A stretch of DNA of 64,000 nucleotides from Terriglobia bacterium. Lineage in GTDB: Bacteria; Acidobacteriota; Terriglobia; JAJPHL01; JAPKYU01. Position numbers and translations under genes: made by a program. Location: NCBI GenBank assembly GCA_965206645.1, contig CBDBKE010000003.1, positions 256,001 through 320,000 on the forward strand, in the 5' to 3' direction. A model generated the notes under the pieces. It was not told the origin of the DNA. It was given only the letters and a program-made list of their open reading frames with translations, and made no database searches. Shown here piece by piece: positions 11,784 through 22,315 of this stretch (positions within the stretch are counted from its first letter, which is position 1; each line of letters begins with the position of its first letter).

Positions 11784-13232
11784 CTATGCCAACAACTTGT
11801 GCGCCACTTCGCCGGCCACATCGGTAAGCCGAAAATCGCGGCCCTGGTGGCGATGGGTGAGCTTCTTATGATTGAAACCCAGGCAGTGCAGGATGGTGGC
11901 ATGCAGGTCGTGGACAAAGATCGGATCTTCAACAACGGTGAACCCCAGCTCATCGGTCTTGCCGATCACCTGTCCGCGCTTGATTCCTCCCCCGGCCATC
12001 CACATGCTGAAAGCGTGACGGTGGTGATCCCTACCCCAATAATCTTTATCCGGCTTGCGAGCCTCCACCATCGGCGTCCGCCCGAACTCGCCTCCCCAGA
12101 TGACCAGGGTATTCTCCAGCAACCCCCGTTGTTTGAGGTCTTTCAGCAGGGCAGCAGTGGGCTGGTCGGTAATGGCGCAGTTTTTCTTCAGTTTTTTGTT
12201 CAGCTCTCTATGATCATCCCAAGTGGCATGAAGCAGTTGTACAAAGCGCACGCCCCGTTCGATCATCCGCCGCGCCAACAGGCAGTTGATGGCGAAAGGT
12301 CGAGTGGGCTCCTTGTTGACCCCGTACATCTCCAAGGTGCTGCGCGATTCCTTGGAGAAGTCCAGCAGTTCCGGACCGGCCGTTTGCATGCGAAACGCCA
12401 ACTCGTAGGAAGCAATCCGGGAGGCGATTTCTAAATCCCCCGTATCTATGTAGTGCTGCTCGTTGAGCTGCCGGATCGTATCCAGCCGAGCCCGCTGGGT
12501 TTCCTGGCTGATGCCTGGGGGATTGGAAAGATACAGCACCGGATCCCCCTTGCTGCGGAAGGGCACCCCTTGATAGACCGAGGGCAGAAACCCGCTGCTA
12601 AAGTTCTGCGTACCCGCGCTGGCGCCCGCCCCGGAACTGAGCACTACGAAACCCGGCAGGTTTTGCGACTCGCTGCCCAAACCGTAGGTCACCCAGGCTC
12701 CCATCGAGGGACGACCCGGGAGCGGGCTCCCACAGTTGATCATCAACTGACCTGGGTGGTGGTTGATCTGGTTGGTCTGCATCGAGCGAATCAGGCAGAT
12801 GTCGTCAGCACGGGTGGCCAAGTGGGGCAGCCAATCGGAAATCTCGATCCCGGATTCTCCGTGGGGCTTAAAAACCCGCGGGCTGGCCCAGATCTTAGCC
12901 GTAGGCTGGATGAAGGCCAGGTTGCCCACTTGCTTCCTCATCGACTCGGGTAAGCTCTGCCCTTCCCACTTCTTCAATTCCGGCTTGGGGTCAAGCAGAT
13001 CGATCTGGCTCGGCGCCCCGGCCATGAACAGGAAAATCACATTCTTGGCCTTGGGGGTGAAATGGGGCAGCTTGGGTTGCAGCGGATTCACATCGGGCAA
13101 TCCTTCGCTCAGTGTTCCGGCCGACCCTTCCAGCGCCAACAGATGCCAGAAGGCGATCATCCCTATGCCGCCGGCACACTCCTGTAGAAAACTCCGACGG
13201 TTTTGTATGCGCTGGAACTCTTGAAAGTCCAT
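11784..13232 (-). CDS. DUF1501 protein (sulfatase-like fold, Tat signal)
   Basis: NRRSFL Tat motif; KAKNVIFLFMAGAPSQIDL, GRPSMGAWVTYGLGS, GEFGRTP, GRDH, HDLHATILHCLG. Confidence 0.92.
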   Translation of the reverse strand: MDFQEFQRIQNRRSFLQECAGGIGMIAFWHLLALEGSAGTLSEGLPDVNPLQPKLPHFTPKAKNVIFLFMAGAPSQIDLLDPKPELKKWEGQSLPESMRKQVGNLAFIQPTAKIWASPRVFKPHGESGIEISDWLPHLATRADDICLIRSMQTNQINHHPGQLMINCGSPLPGRPSMGAWVTYGLGSESQNLPGFVVLSSGAGASAGTQNFSSGFLPSVYQGVPFRSKGDPVLYLSNPPGISQETQRARLDTIRQLNEQHYIDTGDLEIASRIASYELAFRMQTAGPELLDFSKESRSTLEMYGVNKEPTRPFAINCLLARRMIERGVRFVQLLHATWDDHRELNKKLKKNCAITDQPTAALLKDLKQRGLLENTLVIWGGEFGRTPMVEARKPDKDYWGRDHHRHAFSMWMAGGGIKRGQVIGKTDELGFTVVEDPIFVHDLHATILHCLGFNHKKLTHRHQGRDFRLTDVAGEVAHKLLA

Positions 13233-13235
13233 GGG

Positions 13236-15929
13236 TCACTCCCTGGTAATGAACTCATCCAGATTCAGTAGCACGCTGCTAAGACCCACCCAGGCAGCGG
13301 CTTCGGCAGGCTCCACCCCTTCCACCCCCTGAGCGGGGAACACCTTCTCGATGGACTGAGGATCGCGCTGCAGAACTTCCTTCTGCTGCTGGTAATACTG
13401 GATGAGGGGATCTTTCTCCGCCGGACGGGGCTTGCGGGCCAGACACAGGCGGAAGGCATATTCAATCCGGTCACTTAAACTTCCGGGTTTCTCTCGCAGC
13501 ACCCTGGCAGCCAGGCCCTGCGCCGCCTCGAAAAATACCGGGTCGTTCAGCAAGTTTAAAGCCTGCAAGGGGGTGGTGGAGCGCTCCCGCCGGCTACAGG
13601 AACTCAGCGAATCCGGCGCGTCAAAGGTCGTCATTTGCGGATAGGGCACCATCCGCTGGAAGAAGGTATAGAGGCCCCGGCGATAGCGGTCCGCTCCCTT
13701 ACTCTCGTCCCAGAAGATCCACTCATTCATGCCAAAGCCGAGTTCCAGGACACTGGTAGGTAGCGGCGGGCGCACGCTCTTGCCCCCGATGGCCGGGTTC
13801 AACAGGCCACTGGCCGCTAGCGTCACGTCCCGGATCAGCTCCGCCGACAAGCGAAGCCGCGGTTGACGCGCCAGCAACTGGTTGGAGGGATCGCGCTCTT
13901 CCAGCTCCGGGCGGACCTTCGACGACTGCCGGTAGGTGGCCGAGGTCACCAACAGCTTGTGCAACTTCTTCACATTCCAGCCATTGTCCATGAACCCCAC
14001 CGCCAGCCAATCCAGCAGCTTCCGATGCGCGGGCGGTTTGCCACGCGTGCCAAAGTCCTCGGAGGTTTCCACCAAGCCCCGGCCAAACAACTCCTGCCAC
14101 ATCCGGTTCACCGTCACCCGCGCCGTCAGCGGGTTCTCCGTCGATACCAGCCATCGCGCCAGGCTGAGGCGGTTGGCGTGGCCATTCGGAGAACGCAGGG
14201 GCGGTAGGAACGCCGGCGTATTGGGTTGAACCTCTATGCCCGGACGATCCCAAACACCCCGAATGAGTAAATGCGTCTTAGGAGGAGTAGGGTTCTCGTT
14301 CAGCGTCAGCGCTTCGCTCAACGCCGGATATTCCCCCTTTAAATACCCCAGCTTTTTCCGCAGCTCCTTAAACTTTTTCTTCTCTTTTGGTCCAAATTCA
14401 GGTGGGGGCCACTTGACAAAGTGATCGACGAGCAAGTCCTGCACCTTCTGGGAGCGTTGAGAGGGGGGAATCCGGATAAGGTCATGCGCACCGTCGGTCC
14501 CGTGGTCGGGGTCAACAGCTAGGTAGTGCCATTCGACTTGCCAGGGGAGACTGGCGGACTCGAGATTGTCGCCAGTTTCCAGCATCTTCTTCTCCCACTC
14601 TGGATAGAGTTTCGGCACACCGTAGTCGGCCAATAGCTCCCGTCTCTTCTTGTCATACTCCGGCTTCCGCAGAAGGTAGGGCCCCAACTCCCCAGGCAAA
14701 GGGGCTTCAATGTTGACTTCCTGGCCGGTATCAAAGAAGGCGTACAGTTGGTAATAGTCTTTCTGGGTAACGGGATCGAACTTATGGTCGTGACACTGCG
14801 CACAACCCACCGTCAGGCCCAGCCACACGGTGCCCAGAGTATTGGTGCGATCCAGCACCTGCTCGTTGCGCCTCTGTTCCAAAGGCATGCCGCCTTCCCG
14901 GTTGGTCAGGGTATGGCGCAGAAATCCGGTCGCGACCTTCTGTTCCACCGTGGCGTTGGGCAGCAGGTTGCCCGCCAGCTGCTCAATGGTGAACTGATCA
15001 AAGGGCATATTGCGGTTCAGCGCGTCGATCACCCAATGACGCCAGCGCCAGGCATGGGATCGGGCCCTATCGTTTTCGTAACCGTCGCTCTCGCCATAGT
15101 GCGCCAGATCGAGCCACTGACGGGCCCATTTCTCCCCGTAGTGGGGCGAGGCGAGCAGCCGGGCCACCAAACGCTCATAAGCATCAGGCCGGTTGTCGGC
15201 CAGGAATTCATCGACTTCCCGGGGGGTAGGCGGCAGGCCAATCAGATCCAGACTCACTCGCCGGATCAGCGTAGTGCGGTCAGCTTCCGGCGAAGGTTCA
15301 ATCCCTTCCGCCTCCAGCTTAGCCAGCACAAAGGCATCGATGGGGTTTCTTATCCAAGTTCGATTCCGGGCCCGATTCCTGACCTGGGGCACCGCAACCC
15401 GTTGCGGCGGTATGAAGGCCCAATGGGTCGTCTGGGGCCTCTCGCTCTGAGCCGCTTCAGGCCCGGGGGCCGCCTGCTGCTCAGGCCACTCAGCTCCTTG
15501 ATCAATCCATGCCCGCAATAGACCTACCTGCTCGGGGGTGAGCTTTTCGCCGACCAGCGGCATCACCAAGCTTTCCTTGTCTTTGTCTTTCTTTACCCCC
15601 GCTACCACATGGATCAGCTTGCTCTCGGCACTGTTCCCCAACAGGATGACGGCGCCTGAGTATCCACCCGCCAGGGCAGCCTCTCGACTATCCAGCCGCA
15701 ACCCTCCCATCTGCTTCTCTGGCCCGTGGCAGGACTCACACCTCTCTTTGAAGAGGGGACCGACGTCGCGCCAAAAATCCACCTGGCTCTTGGCCGGCGG
15801 AGGCAGCGCCCCCTCATCAGTCTCGCCGGCCGGCTGCAAGGCTGCCCCTGCTGAGACGGCCACCAGGCAGCAACCCAAACCCCAGATTCGAAGCCAAGTT
15901 CGAAGCCACATTCGATGATTGTTACGCAT
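13236..15929 (-). CDS. Second PSCyt/DUF1549/DUF1553 cytochrome c protein
   Basis: CESCHG and CAQCHDHKFDP; same motif set as 9094-11766. ORF is open to 16046; ATG 15929 precedes the signal peptide. Confidence 0.88.
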   Translation of the reverse strand: MRNNHRMWLRTWLRIWGLGCCLVAVSAGAALQPAGETDEGALPPPAKSQVDFWRDVGPLFKERCESCHGPEKQMGGLRLDSREAALAGGYSGAVILLGNSAESKLIHVVAGVKKDKDKESLVMPLVGEKLTPEQVGLLRAWIDQGAEWPEQQAAPGPEAAQSERPQTTHWAFIPPQRVAVPQVRNRARNRTWIRNPIDAFVLAKLEAEGIEPSPEADRTTLIRRVSLDLIGLPPTPREVDEFLADNRPDAYERLVARLLASPHYGEKWARQWLDLAHYGESDGYENDRARSHAWRWRHWVIDALNRNMPFDQFTIEQLAGNLLPNATVEQKVATGFLRHTLTNREGGMPLEQRRNEQVLDRTNTLGTVWLGLTVGCAQCHDHKFDPVTQKDYYQLYAFFDTGQEVNIEAPLPGELGPYLLRKPEYDKKRRELLADYGVPKLYPEWEKKMLETGDNLESASLPWQVEWHYLAVDPDHGTDGAHDLIRIPPSQRSQKVQDLLVDHFVKWPPPEFGPKEKKKFKELRKKLGYLKGEYPALSEALTLNENPTPPKTHLLIRGVWDRPGIEVQPNTPAFLPPLRSPNGHANRLSLARWLVSTENPLTARVTVNRMWQELFGRGLVETSEDFGTRGKPPAHRKLLDWLAVGFMDNGWNVKKLHKLLVTSATYRQSSKVRPELEERDPSNQLLARQPRLRLSAELIRDVTLAASGLLNPAIGGKSVRPPLPTSVLELGFGMNEWIFWDESKGADRYRRGLYTFFQRMVPYPQMTTFDAPDSLSSCSRRERSTTPLQALNLLNDPVFFEAAQGLAARVLREKPGSLSDRIEYAFRLCLARKPRPAEKDPLIQYYQQQKEVLQRDPQSIEKVFPAQGVEGVEPAEAAAWVGLSSVLLNLDEFITRE

Positions 15930-16307
15930 GGACCTCAACCCGAGAGACTCGTGTACTGCCTGCTCACACACTCCTCCGCTAGTGCTATTGTACATTCCCG
16001 TCCTCGGGGGTTCAAGCATCCCTCGGGGACCAACCCTGGGGATCAAGCCTGGCGATCAACTTTGGCGGTCAGCGCGGGCATCAGCCCGGCTTGTCCCCTG
16101 GACGGCTTCTAAACAGCTAGAGCGCGCTGCTGACAGCCACTGGCCTGTGGGTATGGTTCCGAACGAGTCGAGCCCCCGGCACTCGAGCGATCGGCATCTG
16201 GCGTCCGGGGTAAGCAGCGCCGAGCCGTTGCCTTTTGCGGAGTCTTCAGCTATCTTTGATGCCGCATCATCTGCGCGGGAATTCCAGATGGAGAAGGAAC
16301 CTAGTTC

Positions 16308-17003
16308 ATGAACCTGATTGCCAATACCTACCTTGATGCCATTGACCAGCAGGTTGCCACGCGCAGCCTTTTGCTACATCCCTTTTACCAGAGCTGGACC
16401 CAGGGGAAGCTCAGTCACGAGGCTCTCGGCGGCTATGCCGAGCAGTATTACCATCACGTTGCGGCCTTCCCCACCTACCTATCCGCCCTGCACTCCCACA
16501 CGGAGGACGCCGTCGTCCGACGGCACATCCTGGCCAATCTGATGGACGAAGAGGCCGGCACCCCGAACCACCCGGAGCTGTGGCTTCGCTTTGCCGAAGC
16601 GTTAGGCCTGAATCGGGAACAAGTGCAGCAGGCGAAACTGTGGGACGAGACCAAAAGCCTGATTCATACCTTTCGCAGAATCTGCCGTGACCGCAGCCCG
16701 GCCGATGGTGTGGCGGCTCTTTATGCATATGAGAGCCAGATTCCCGCTGTGGCAGAATCCAAGATTGGCGGACTCAGAAAATTCTACGGTTTCGAGGACC
16801 CGCGCGGCCTGGCTTATTTTCACGTCCATGTGGAGGCGGATCGCGAGCACGCTGAGGTCGAGCGCGGGTTGCTGGAGTCCTACCTGAACGAAACTACAGC
16901 GACCTCGGCCACCGAGTCGGCTGGCGAGGTGCTTGACGCGCTGTGGGCGTTTCTGTCAGCAGTCTGCCGGCGCCACGGCATCGCCTGTCCGACTGCGTCC
17001 TGA
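16308..17003 (+). CDS. CADD/CT610-family haem-oxygenase-like diiron enzyme (putative pABA synthase; PqqC/TenA superfamily)
   Basis: HPFY..W..G.L, NLMDEE.G..NH..LW, ALYAYESQIP..A..KI.GL, YFHVHVEADREH; Y27, Y43, E81, H88, E142, K152, H174, D178 and H181 are present. Confidence 0.88.
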   Translation: MNLIANTYLDAIDQQVATRSLLLHPFYQSWTQGKLSHEALGGYAEQYYHHVAAFPTYLSALHSHTEDAVVRRHILANLMDEEAGTPNHPELWLRFAEALGLNREQVQQAKLWDETKSLIHTFRRICRDRSPADGVAALYAYESQIPAVAESKIGGLRKFYGFEDPRGLAYFHVHVEADREHAEVERGLLESYLNETTATSATESAGEVLDALWAFLSAVCRRHGIACPTAS

Positions 17004-17180
17004 CCCGCAGACCTGAACCCCTGGTCTGGCCCCTGCTTGGCTATGACTTTTCTTCCCGCGTGGTGCGTCCGTACGGCGAGAATGAGCGGCGAGAATGGTA
17101 AGCTGGTATGGGAAGACCTTTGATGGAGAGGGTTGTACCTTTGAGTTTGGCTTCTTGTTTTCTCTTGGCGAGGTGAAGCC

Positions 17181-18053
17181 ATGGACCCCAAGCCCGAGGC
17201 CGCAAGCAAGATCTCTGCCCCGCTGATTTCCGATCGCAAGCTGCGTGGGGAAAAGATCACCTGCCTGACCGCGTATGACTATCCCACAGCCCGGTTGGTG
17301 GACGAGGCGGGGATCGACCTGATTCTTGTGGGGGATTCCCTGGGGCAGGTGGTACTGGGCTACGAATCGACGATTCCGGTGACGGTGGAGGAAATGCTCC
17401 ACCACCTGCGCGCGGTGCGCCGAGGGACGCAGCGCGCCCTATTGGTCGTCGATCTCCCCTACGGCTCCTACCACCCGAGTGAGGAAGAGGGCCTGCGGAC
17501 CGCCATTCGCTTCTTCAAGGAAGGAGGCGCCGAGGCCGTGAAAATCGAGGGGGGCAAGAAGCGGATGGGCCTCATTCGCCGTCTAGTCGAGGCCGAAATT
17601 CCGGTGATGGGCCACATTGGCCTGACCCCGCAATCGGTTCGTGCGTTCGGCGGTTATCGTGTGCAAGGCAAAACCATCGAATCGGCCAACGACGCGCTGG
17701 CCGATGCCCAAGCTGTGGAGGACGCTGGCGCATTTTCCATCGTACTGGAAGGTATTCCGAGGGAACTCGCGGCCATCATCACCCGTCGGCTGCGCATTCC
17801 CACGATCGGCATCGGCGCCGGGCCCGAGTGCGACGGCCAAGTCCTGGTGATTCACGATCTTCTGGGCTTGAGTTTTCAGGCACAACCAAAGTTTGTGCGG
17901 GCGTACGCCGATCTCACACAGACGGCGCGGGACGCGTTGGTGCGATTCCGCAACGACGTCCTGGTGGGCCGCTACCCGAGCGACCGAGAGTCATACCACT
18001 GGCCAGCGGGCTTGCGCGAACAGTTCGAGAAAGTGGACGTAAATAAAATATAG
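17181..18053 (+). CDS. panB: 3-methyl-2-oxobutanoate hydroxymethyltransferase
   Basis: LTAYDY, ILVGDSLG, AVKIEGG, GHIGLTPQS, IGIGAG..CDGQVLV.HD. Confidence 0.97.
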   Translation: MDPKPEAASKISAPLISDRKLRGEKITCLTAYDYPTARLVDEAGIDLILVGDSLGQVVLGYESTIPVTVEEMLHHLRAVRRGTQRALLVVDLPYGSYHPSEEEGLRTAIRFFKEGGAEAVKIEGGKKRMGLIRRLVEAEIPVMGHIGLTPQSVRAFGGYRVQGKTIESANDALADAQAVEDAGAFSIVLEGIPRELAAIITRRLRIPTIGIGAGPECDGQVLVIHDLLGLSFQAQPKFVRAYADLTQTARDALVRFRNDVLVGRYPSDRESYHWPAGLREQFEKVDVNKI

Positions 18054-18162
18054 GTTCCGCGAGGCGTTCAACCCGGCCTTACCGCAGCTTCCGCGCCAGG
18101 CCGCTTAAGTCGGAGCTTGGTATCCGATCAGCTCCTCACACAGTTGCCTGAGGCGCATCGCG

Positions 18163-19083
18163 ATGCGTCTTTTCACCTCCATCACGGAAATGCAGGAGTT
18201 CGTCCGCCAAACTCGGGCCGCTGGCAAGTCGCTGGCGCTCGTTCCCACTATGGGGGCGCTGCACGAAGGCCACTTGAGCCTGGTGCCCGAGGCCAAGCGG
18301 CACTGCGACGCGGTGGTGGTCTCGATGTTCGTAAACCCCACACAGTTCGGACCCAGCGAGGACTTCACCCGCTATCCGCACAATCTGGAAGAAGACCTGG
18401 AACTCCTCCGCCCTTACAACGTTGACGCGACTTTCGCCCCCAGCACGGCGGAAATGTACCCGGAAGGATTCCAGACGTTTGTGGAACCGGGGGCCCTCGC
18501 CGCTCCCCTTGAAGGCGCCTCTCGTCCCGGTCATTTTCGAGGCGTTGTCACCGTGGTCCTGAAACTGTTCCACATCGTGGGTCCGGACGTGGCCTGCTTC
18601 GGCCAGAAAGATTTTCAGCAGGCACTGGTAATCCGCCATATGGTGGAAGATTTAAACCTGGGCGTTCGTTTGATCATCTGCCCCATCGTCCGGGACCCTG
18701 ACGGACTGGCGAAAAGCTCGCGCCATGCTTACATGAGCCCTGAAGACCGCCAGACGGCGCTTGTGCTCAACAGCAGCCTCCGTCGGGCCAAGGAACTCGT
18801 CGAGGCGGGACAAACCGAGGTCCAGAAGCTGCTGGAAGAAATGCGGAAGGTCTTCTCTGGCCCGCCACGGGCCCGCCTTGACTATCTTGCCATCGTCGAT
18901 CCCGTCCGGTTGCAGCCTGTCGAGTGCGTCACGCCGGGCTGCGTGGCGCTAGTAGCAGTATGGGTTGGACCGGCGCGATTGATCGACAACCTGATTTTCG
19001 GCCCGCCCGGTGCCAGTGAGGAGATGCTTCTTGAATTGGCGCTAAGCCGACCTGAAGTAGCTGAGCGCGCCACGGATTCTTAA
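18163..19083 (+). CDS. panC: Pantoate--beta-alanine ligase
   Basis: VPTMGALHEGH, FVNPTQF, RPGHFRGV, FGQKDFQQ, RLIDN. Confidence 0.97.
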   Translation: MRLFTSITEMQEFVRQTRAAGKSLALVPTMGALHEGHLSLVPEAKRHCDAVVVSMFVNPTQFGPSEDFTRYPHNLEEDLELLRPYNVDATFAPSTAEMYPEGFQTFVEPGALAAPLEGASRPGHFRGVVTVVLKLFHIVGPDVACFGQKDFQQALVIRHMVEDLNLGVRLIICPIVRDPDGLAKSSRHAYMSPEDRQTALVLNSSLRRAKELVEAGQTEVQKLLEEMRKVFSGPPRARLDYLAIVDPVRLQPVECVTPGCVALVAVWVGPARLIDNLIFGPPGASEEMLLELALSRPEVAERATDS

Positions 19084-19140
19084 CAGTGTAGCAAGTTTCA
19101 GAAGAGGGGTAGGCGGCCGGATCTTTGCGGTCGGGGTGTC

Positions 19141-21018
19141 TTACTTTGCCCTGGAGAATACCACGAGCTCAACTCCGACGATGACGCCGCGGCCCGGCAT
19201 GGGGATTCCGGCAATCTCTTGGTAGGCTGTGTTAGTCAGGTTGCTGAATTGCAAGAACGGACGGAACCGGCCGACGGCTCGGGCCAGATATAGGTCCCAC
19301 AGAGCATAGGGGTCGCGGGCGAACCTTTTTGTAGCACCTATCCGCGTGCGGGCGAGCAGTCCGTGCGGCAGCAGCGCCCGCCAGGAAACCACCGCAGCCT
19401 GGGATGGGTAGTTGAAGACATAGCGCGAAGGGAATCCGAGCAAGTCCGACTGGGCACCGTGCAGGGCCGAGTAGCGGAAATCAATCCAGTGGGAACGAGC
19501 CACAACTGTGCTGACGGAGGCTTCCAGTCCGGTGAAGCGGAGCCGCTGAAAATTGGTCGCCCGCCAGATGTCGTCGGGAGAGCGCCGCACCCAGTCAATC
19601 CCGTCGCGTTCCCGCCGCTGAAACACCACAACCTCCCCACGCAATCTTCTCCCGGCGTTCCAGTCCAGGCCTCCCTCATAACTCCAGGCCTTCTCCGGCC
19701 GCAAGTCGGGTGAACCCTGATTGGCGGGGTCGTGATAGTAGAGGTCGGTATAGGAGGGAAGGCGGAAAGCGCGGCCGACACTCCCCCGGAGCTTGAAATG
19801 TGGCGAGAGCCAGACGCCAGTGCTGAAAGTGGGACTGAACTGGCTGGCCAAAGAGGTGTAGACCTCCTCCCTGACTCCCAGCGCGAAAGAGAATCGGCGC
19901 ACCGCCCGGACATCCAGCGCCAGGTAGCCGGCCCCGCGCGAGCGGGCATGTTGGCCCAGGTTGTTGCTAACAATCGAATCGCGATAGCCTTCCACTCCGT
20001 AATGAAGCTTGATGTTCTGCCGCAGGGGTTCTTGTCGGCGCAAGCTGGCCTGAAAGCTCCTGGCTGCGTGTCGGTTGGTGAAAACTTCCGGGCGGTCCCG
20101 GAACAGGACAAACAGGTCCGTGTGCCGGCGGAACGCGAACGACGCCACTGTGCGCGGCCCAAATTGCTGTCGCACGGCGGCGTACCAGGTCTTGGTGCGT
20201 TCCCAGGAGTTGAAATTTCCGTAGAACTGGTCGGCCCCGAAGGGGCGGTCGTTGTGCGCCAGAGTCAGATCGGTCTCGCCCAGCCGGGACGACAGGTCCG
20301 TCGTCGAGCTGATCGAAAGGTTGCGGTAGTCCCGGTTGGGACTGAACCCGGAGGAAAAATCCCGGGAGAAACTGATTTGTTCGGCAACCCGTCCCCGGAC
20401 CAGGGCCAACGTGCCGCGCTGTTGGTTCACGCCGAAGTTGCCCACCGAGCTGCGGAGGCGGAACTCGGAAAATTCCGGCGTCTTTGTGATGATGTTCAAC
20501 ACCCCACCGACCGCGTCCGACCCATAGAGCGTCGAGCCAGACCCGCGCAGGATCTCAAGGCGGCTGACCGCAGACAGCGGTACCGGGATGTCCATGTTGT
20601 GGTGCCCCGACTGCGCGTCGTTGATCCGCACCCCGTCCAGCAGAACCAGCGTCTGGCCGAACGTTCCTCCCCGGATCGACAAATCCGACTGCACCCCGTC
20701 GGGAGCGCGGCTGCGCAGATCCAGCGACGGATCCAGCCGCAAAAGGTCCGCCAGAGTATTGGTCACCAACTCCAGTTCGCTGACATCGAACGCGCTCACT
20801 GAGCGGTCCCGGTCTTCCAGTGGGATTGGCTCGTAGCTGCCGGTCACAATGACGGACTCGTGCCGGGTGGGCTGCTTCTCGTTGTCTTGTGCCTTGTCTG
20901 ACGCCAGGTCCGACGACTTGTCTGGCGCCTTGTCTGACGGCAGTTGGTCGTCCGACGCCAGAGCAGGGGAGCAGAAGAGCAGCACGAAGAGCAAGAGCAG
21001 AAACGGCATACAGCGCAA
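19141..21018 (-). CDS. TonB-dependent outer-membrane receptor (BtuB-like size)
   Basis: Signal peptide, ESVIVTG TonB box, plug SIRG...LVLLDGV, EILRGSGSTLYGSDAVGGVLNIIT, C-terminal NLTN..Y...PGR. Confidence 0.9.
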   Translation of the reverse strand: MRCMPFLLLLFVLLFCSPALASDDQLPSDKAPDKSSDLASDKAQDNEKQPTRHESVIVTGSYEPIPLEDRDRSVSAFDVSELELVTNTLADLLRLDPSLDLRSRAPDGVQSDLSIRGGTFGQTLVLLDGVRINDAQSGHHNMDIPVPLSAVSRLEILRGSGSTLYGSDAVGGVLNIITKTPEFSEFRLRSSVGNFGVNQQRGTLALVRGRVAEQISFSRDFSSGFSPNRDYRNLSISSTTDLSSRLGETDLTLAHNDRPFGADQFYGNFNSWERTKTWYAAVRQQFGPRTVASFAFRRHTDLFVLFRDRPEVFTNRHAARSFQASLRRQEPLRQNIKLHYGVEGYRDSIVSNNLGQHARSRGAGYLALDVRAVRRFSFALGVREEVYTSLASQFSPTFSTGVWLSPHFKLRGSVGRAFRLPSYTDLYYHDPANQGSPDLRPEKAWSYEGGLDWNAGRRLRGEVVVFQRRERDGIDWVRRSPDDIWRATNFQRLRFTGLEASVSTVVARSHWIDFRYSALHGAQSDLLGFPSRYVFNYPSQAAVVSWRALLPHGLLARTRIGATKRFARDPYALWDLYLARAVGRFRPFLQFSNLTNTAYQEIAGIPMPGRGVIVGVELVVFSRAK

Positions 21019-21253
21019 ATATTAAACCCATCCGCGTCCACCCGGGTGAGGATTCTTCAGCATGTGGGTTTCTAGATTGGAACGACGGGGCTGCAGGGAG
21101 GCTGTACGCAGCTAATCAGGTCGTCAAACGGGCCAGCTTCCTTGCAAACAGAACCCTCAGCGGTGAGCGCACAAGCTGCTGTCTTTGTTGGCCATTGGCA
21201 AAGGGGTGTCGTAGCTCTAGATAGAAGTTGAGCAACGGTCGAAGAACACCTAC

Positions 21254-22315
21254 GGCGTTGTTGCGTAATTCGCGCTCGCGGCGAACCGGGCCGAGAAGTT
21301 CATCCGCCTCAGTACACGCGCTCCGATCGTGGCATTCCAAGCTCCGCCATCCGGTTCAGCACAGCGCACTTGATCGCGGCTTCGACTTTTTGGTTCTTGA
21401 CCGTGCGGGCCGAGAGGCTTACCCCGAGTATCGCCTTGTACCGTGAGACCGCATTCTCCGCCACGCTCTGGCGAGTGCAGCCACTCGACTTCCGCCACTC
21501 ATAACGGCCCTGCGTCCTAATACGCCGGAGATGGGTATCACGCATCGCACGCCACGGAGGCGGATGAGAGTCTCGGCTGCATCGTGCATTGCGTCGCGGC
21601 AAGATCGTCACGATAGCGTCGTGCTGGAGCACGGCCTCGTAGCAGGAACCCGTGTCGTAGGCCCGGTCTGCGGAGACTTGCCTGATCGAACCAGGAGTCT
21701 TAGACAGCAACGAAGAGAGCCTTCGGGCGTCGTGGACGTTGCTCGCAGTCAGGTCCATCGCAACGATCTCTTTCGTCGTCTCATCGACGCCTAGGTGGAG
21801 CTTTCGCCATGTCCTACGGCGGAGGGTTCGGTGTTTTCTGATGTGCCACTCACCGGCTCCGTAGATCTTCAGGCCCGTCGAATCGATGACGACATGTCGT
21901 GGTCGATCCGTGGGCCCTACACTCAGTCGGACGTCGACGGCGCTTTGCCTTCGGCTCACCGTGCTGTAGTTGGGCACTGGGAGGTCGAGAGCCATGAGCG
22001 CCACGATGGATTGAAGGAACCCTTGAGTGGTCCGTAGGTTGAGGTGAAACACCGAATTCAGGACCAGCGCACATTGGATCGCCGCATCTGCGTAGACCTT
22101 GGGCCGGCCTCGCCCTTCGAAGGGTCCTGGATGACGCCAGGCAGCGACTGCCTCCGTGTCGAACCACAGTGTCAGCTGCCCACGTTTCACCAGAGCCCGG
22201 TTGTACTCCGGCCAGTTGCGAACCTTATATCGGAAGGTGTAGTCGCTTTTGCCCATCCCCTAGCCTATCAGGAGGGAGAGCGTTGGGGATGGAGTCAGAT
22301 TTCTGCAACAACGCC
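21254..22315 (-). mobile_element. IS5-family (IS903-like) element copy 1; transposase 21309-22256
   Basis: IRs GGCGTTGTTGC / GCAACAACGCC; NWPEYN.AL..RG, IDSTGLK, WRKLHL, ADRAYD. No target-site duplication. Confidence 0.93.

Noticed and set aside
21019-21253. Cobalamin riboswitch upstream of the TonB receptor
   Set aside because: GGGAA and GCCACTG core motifs not found.
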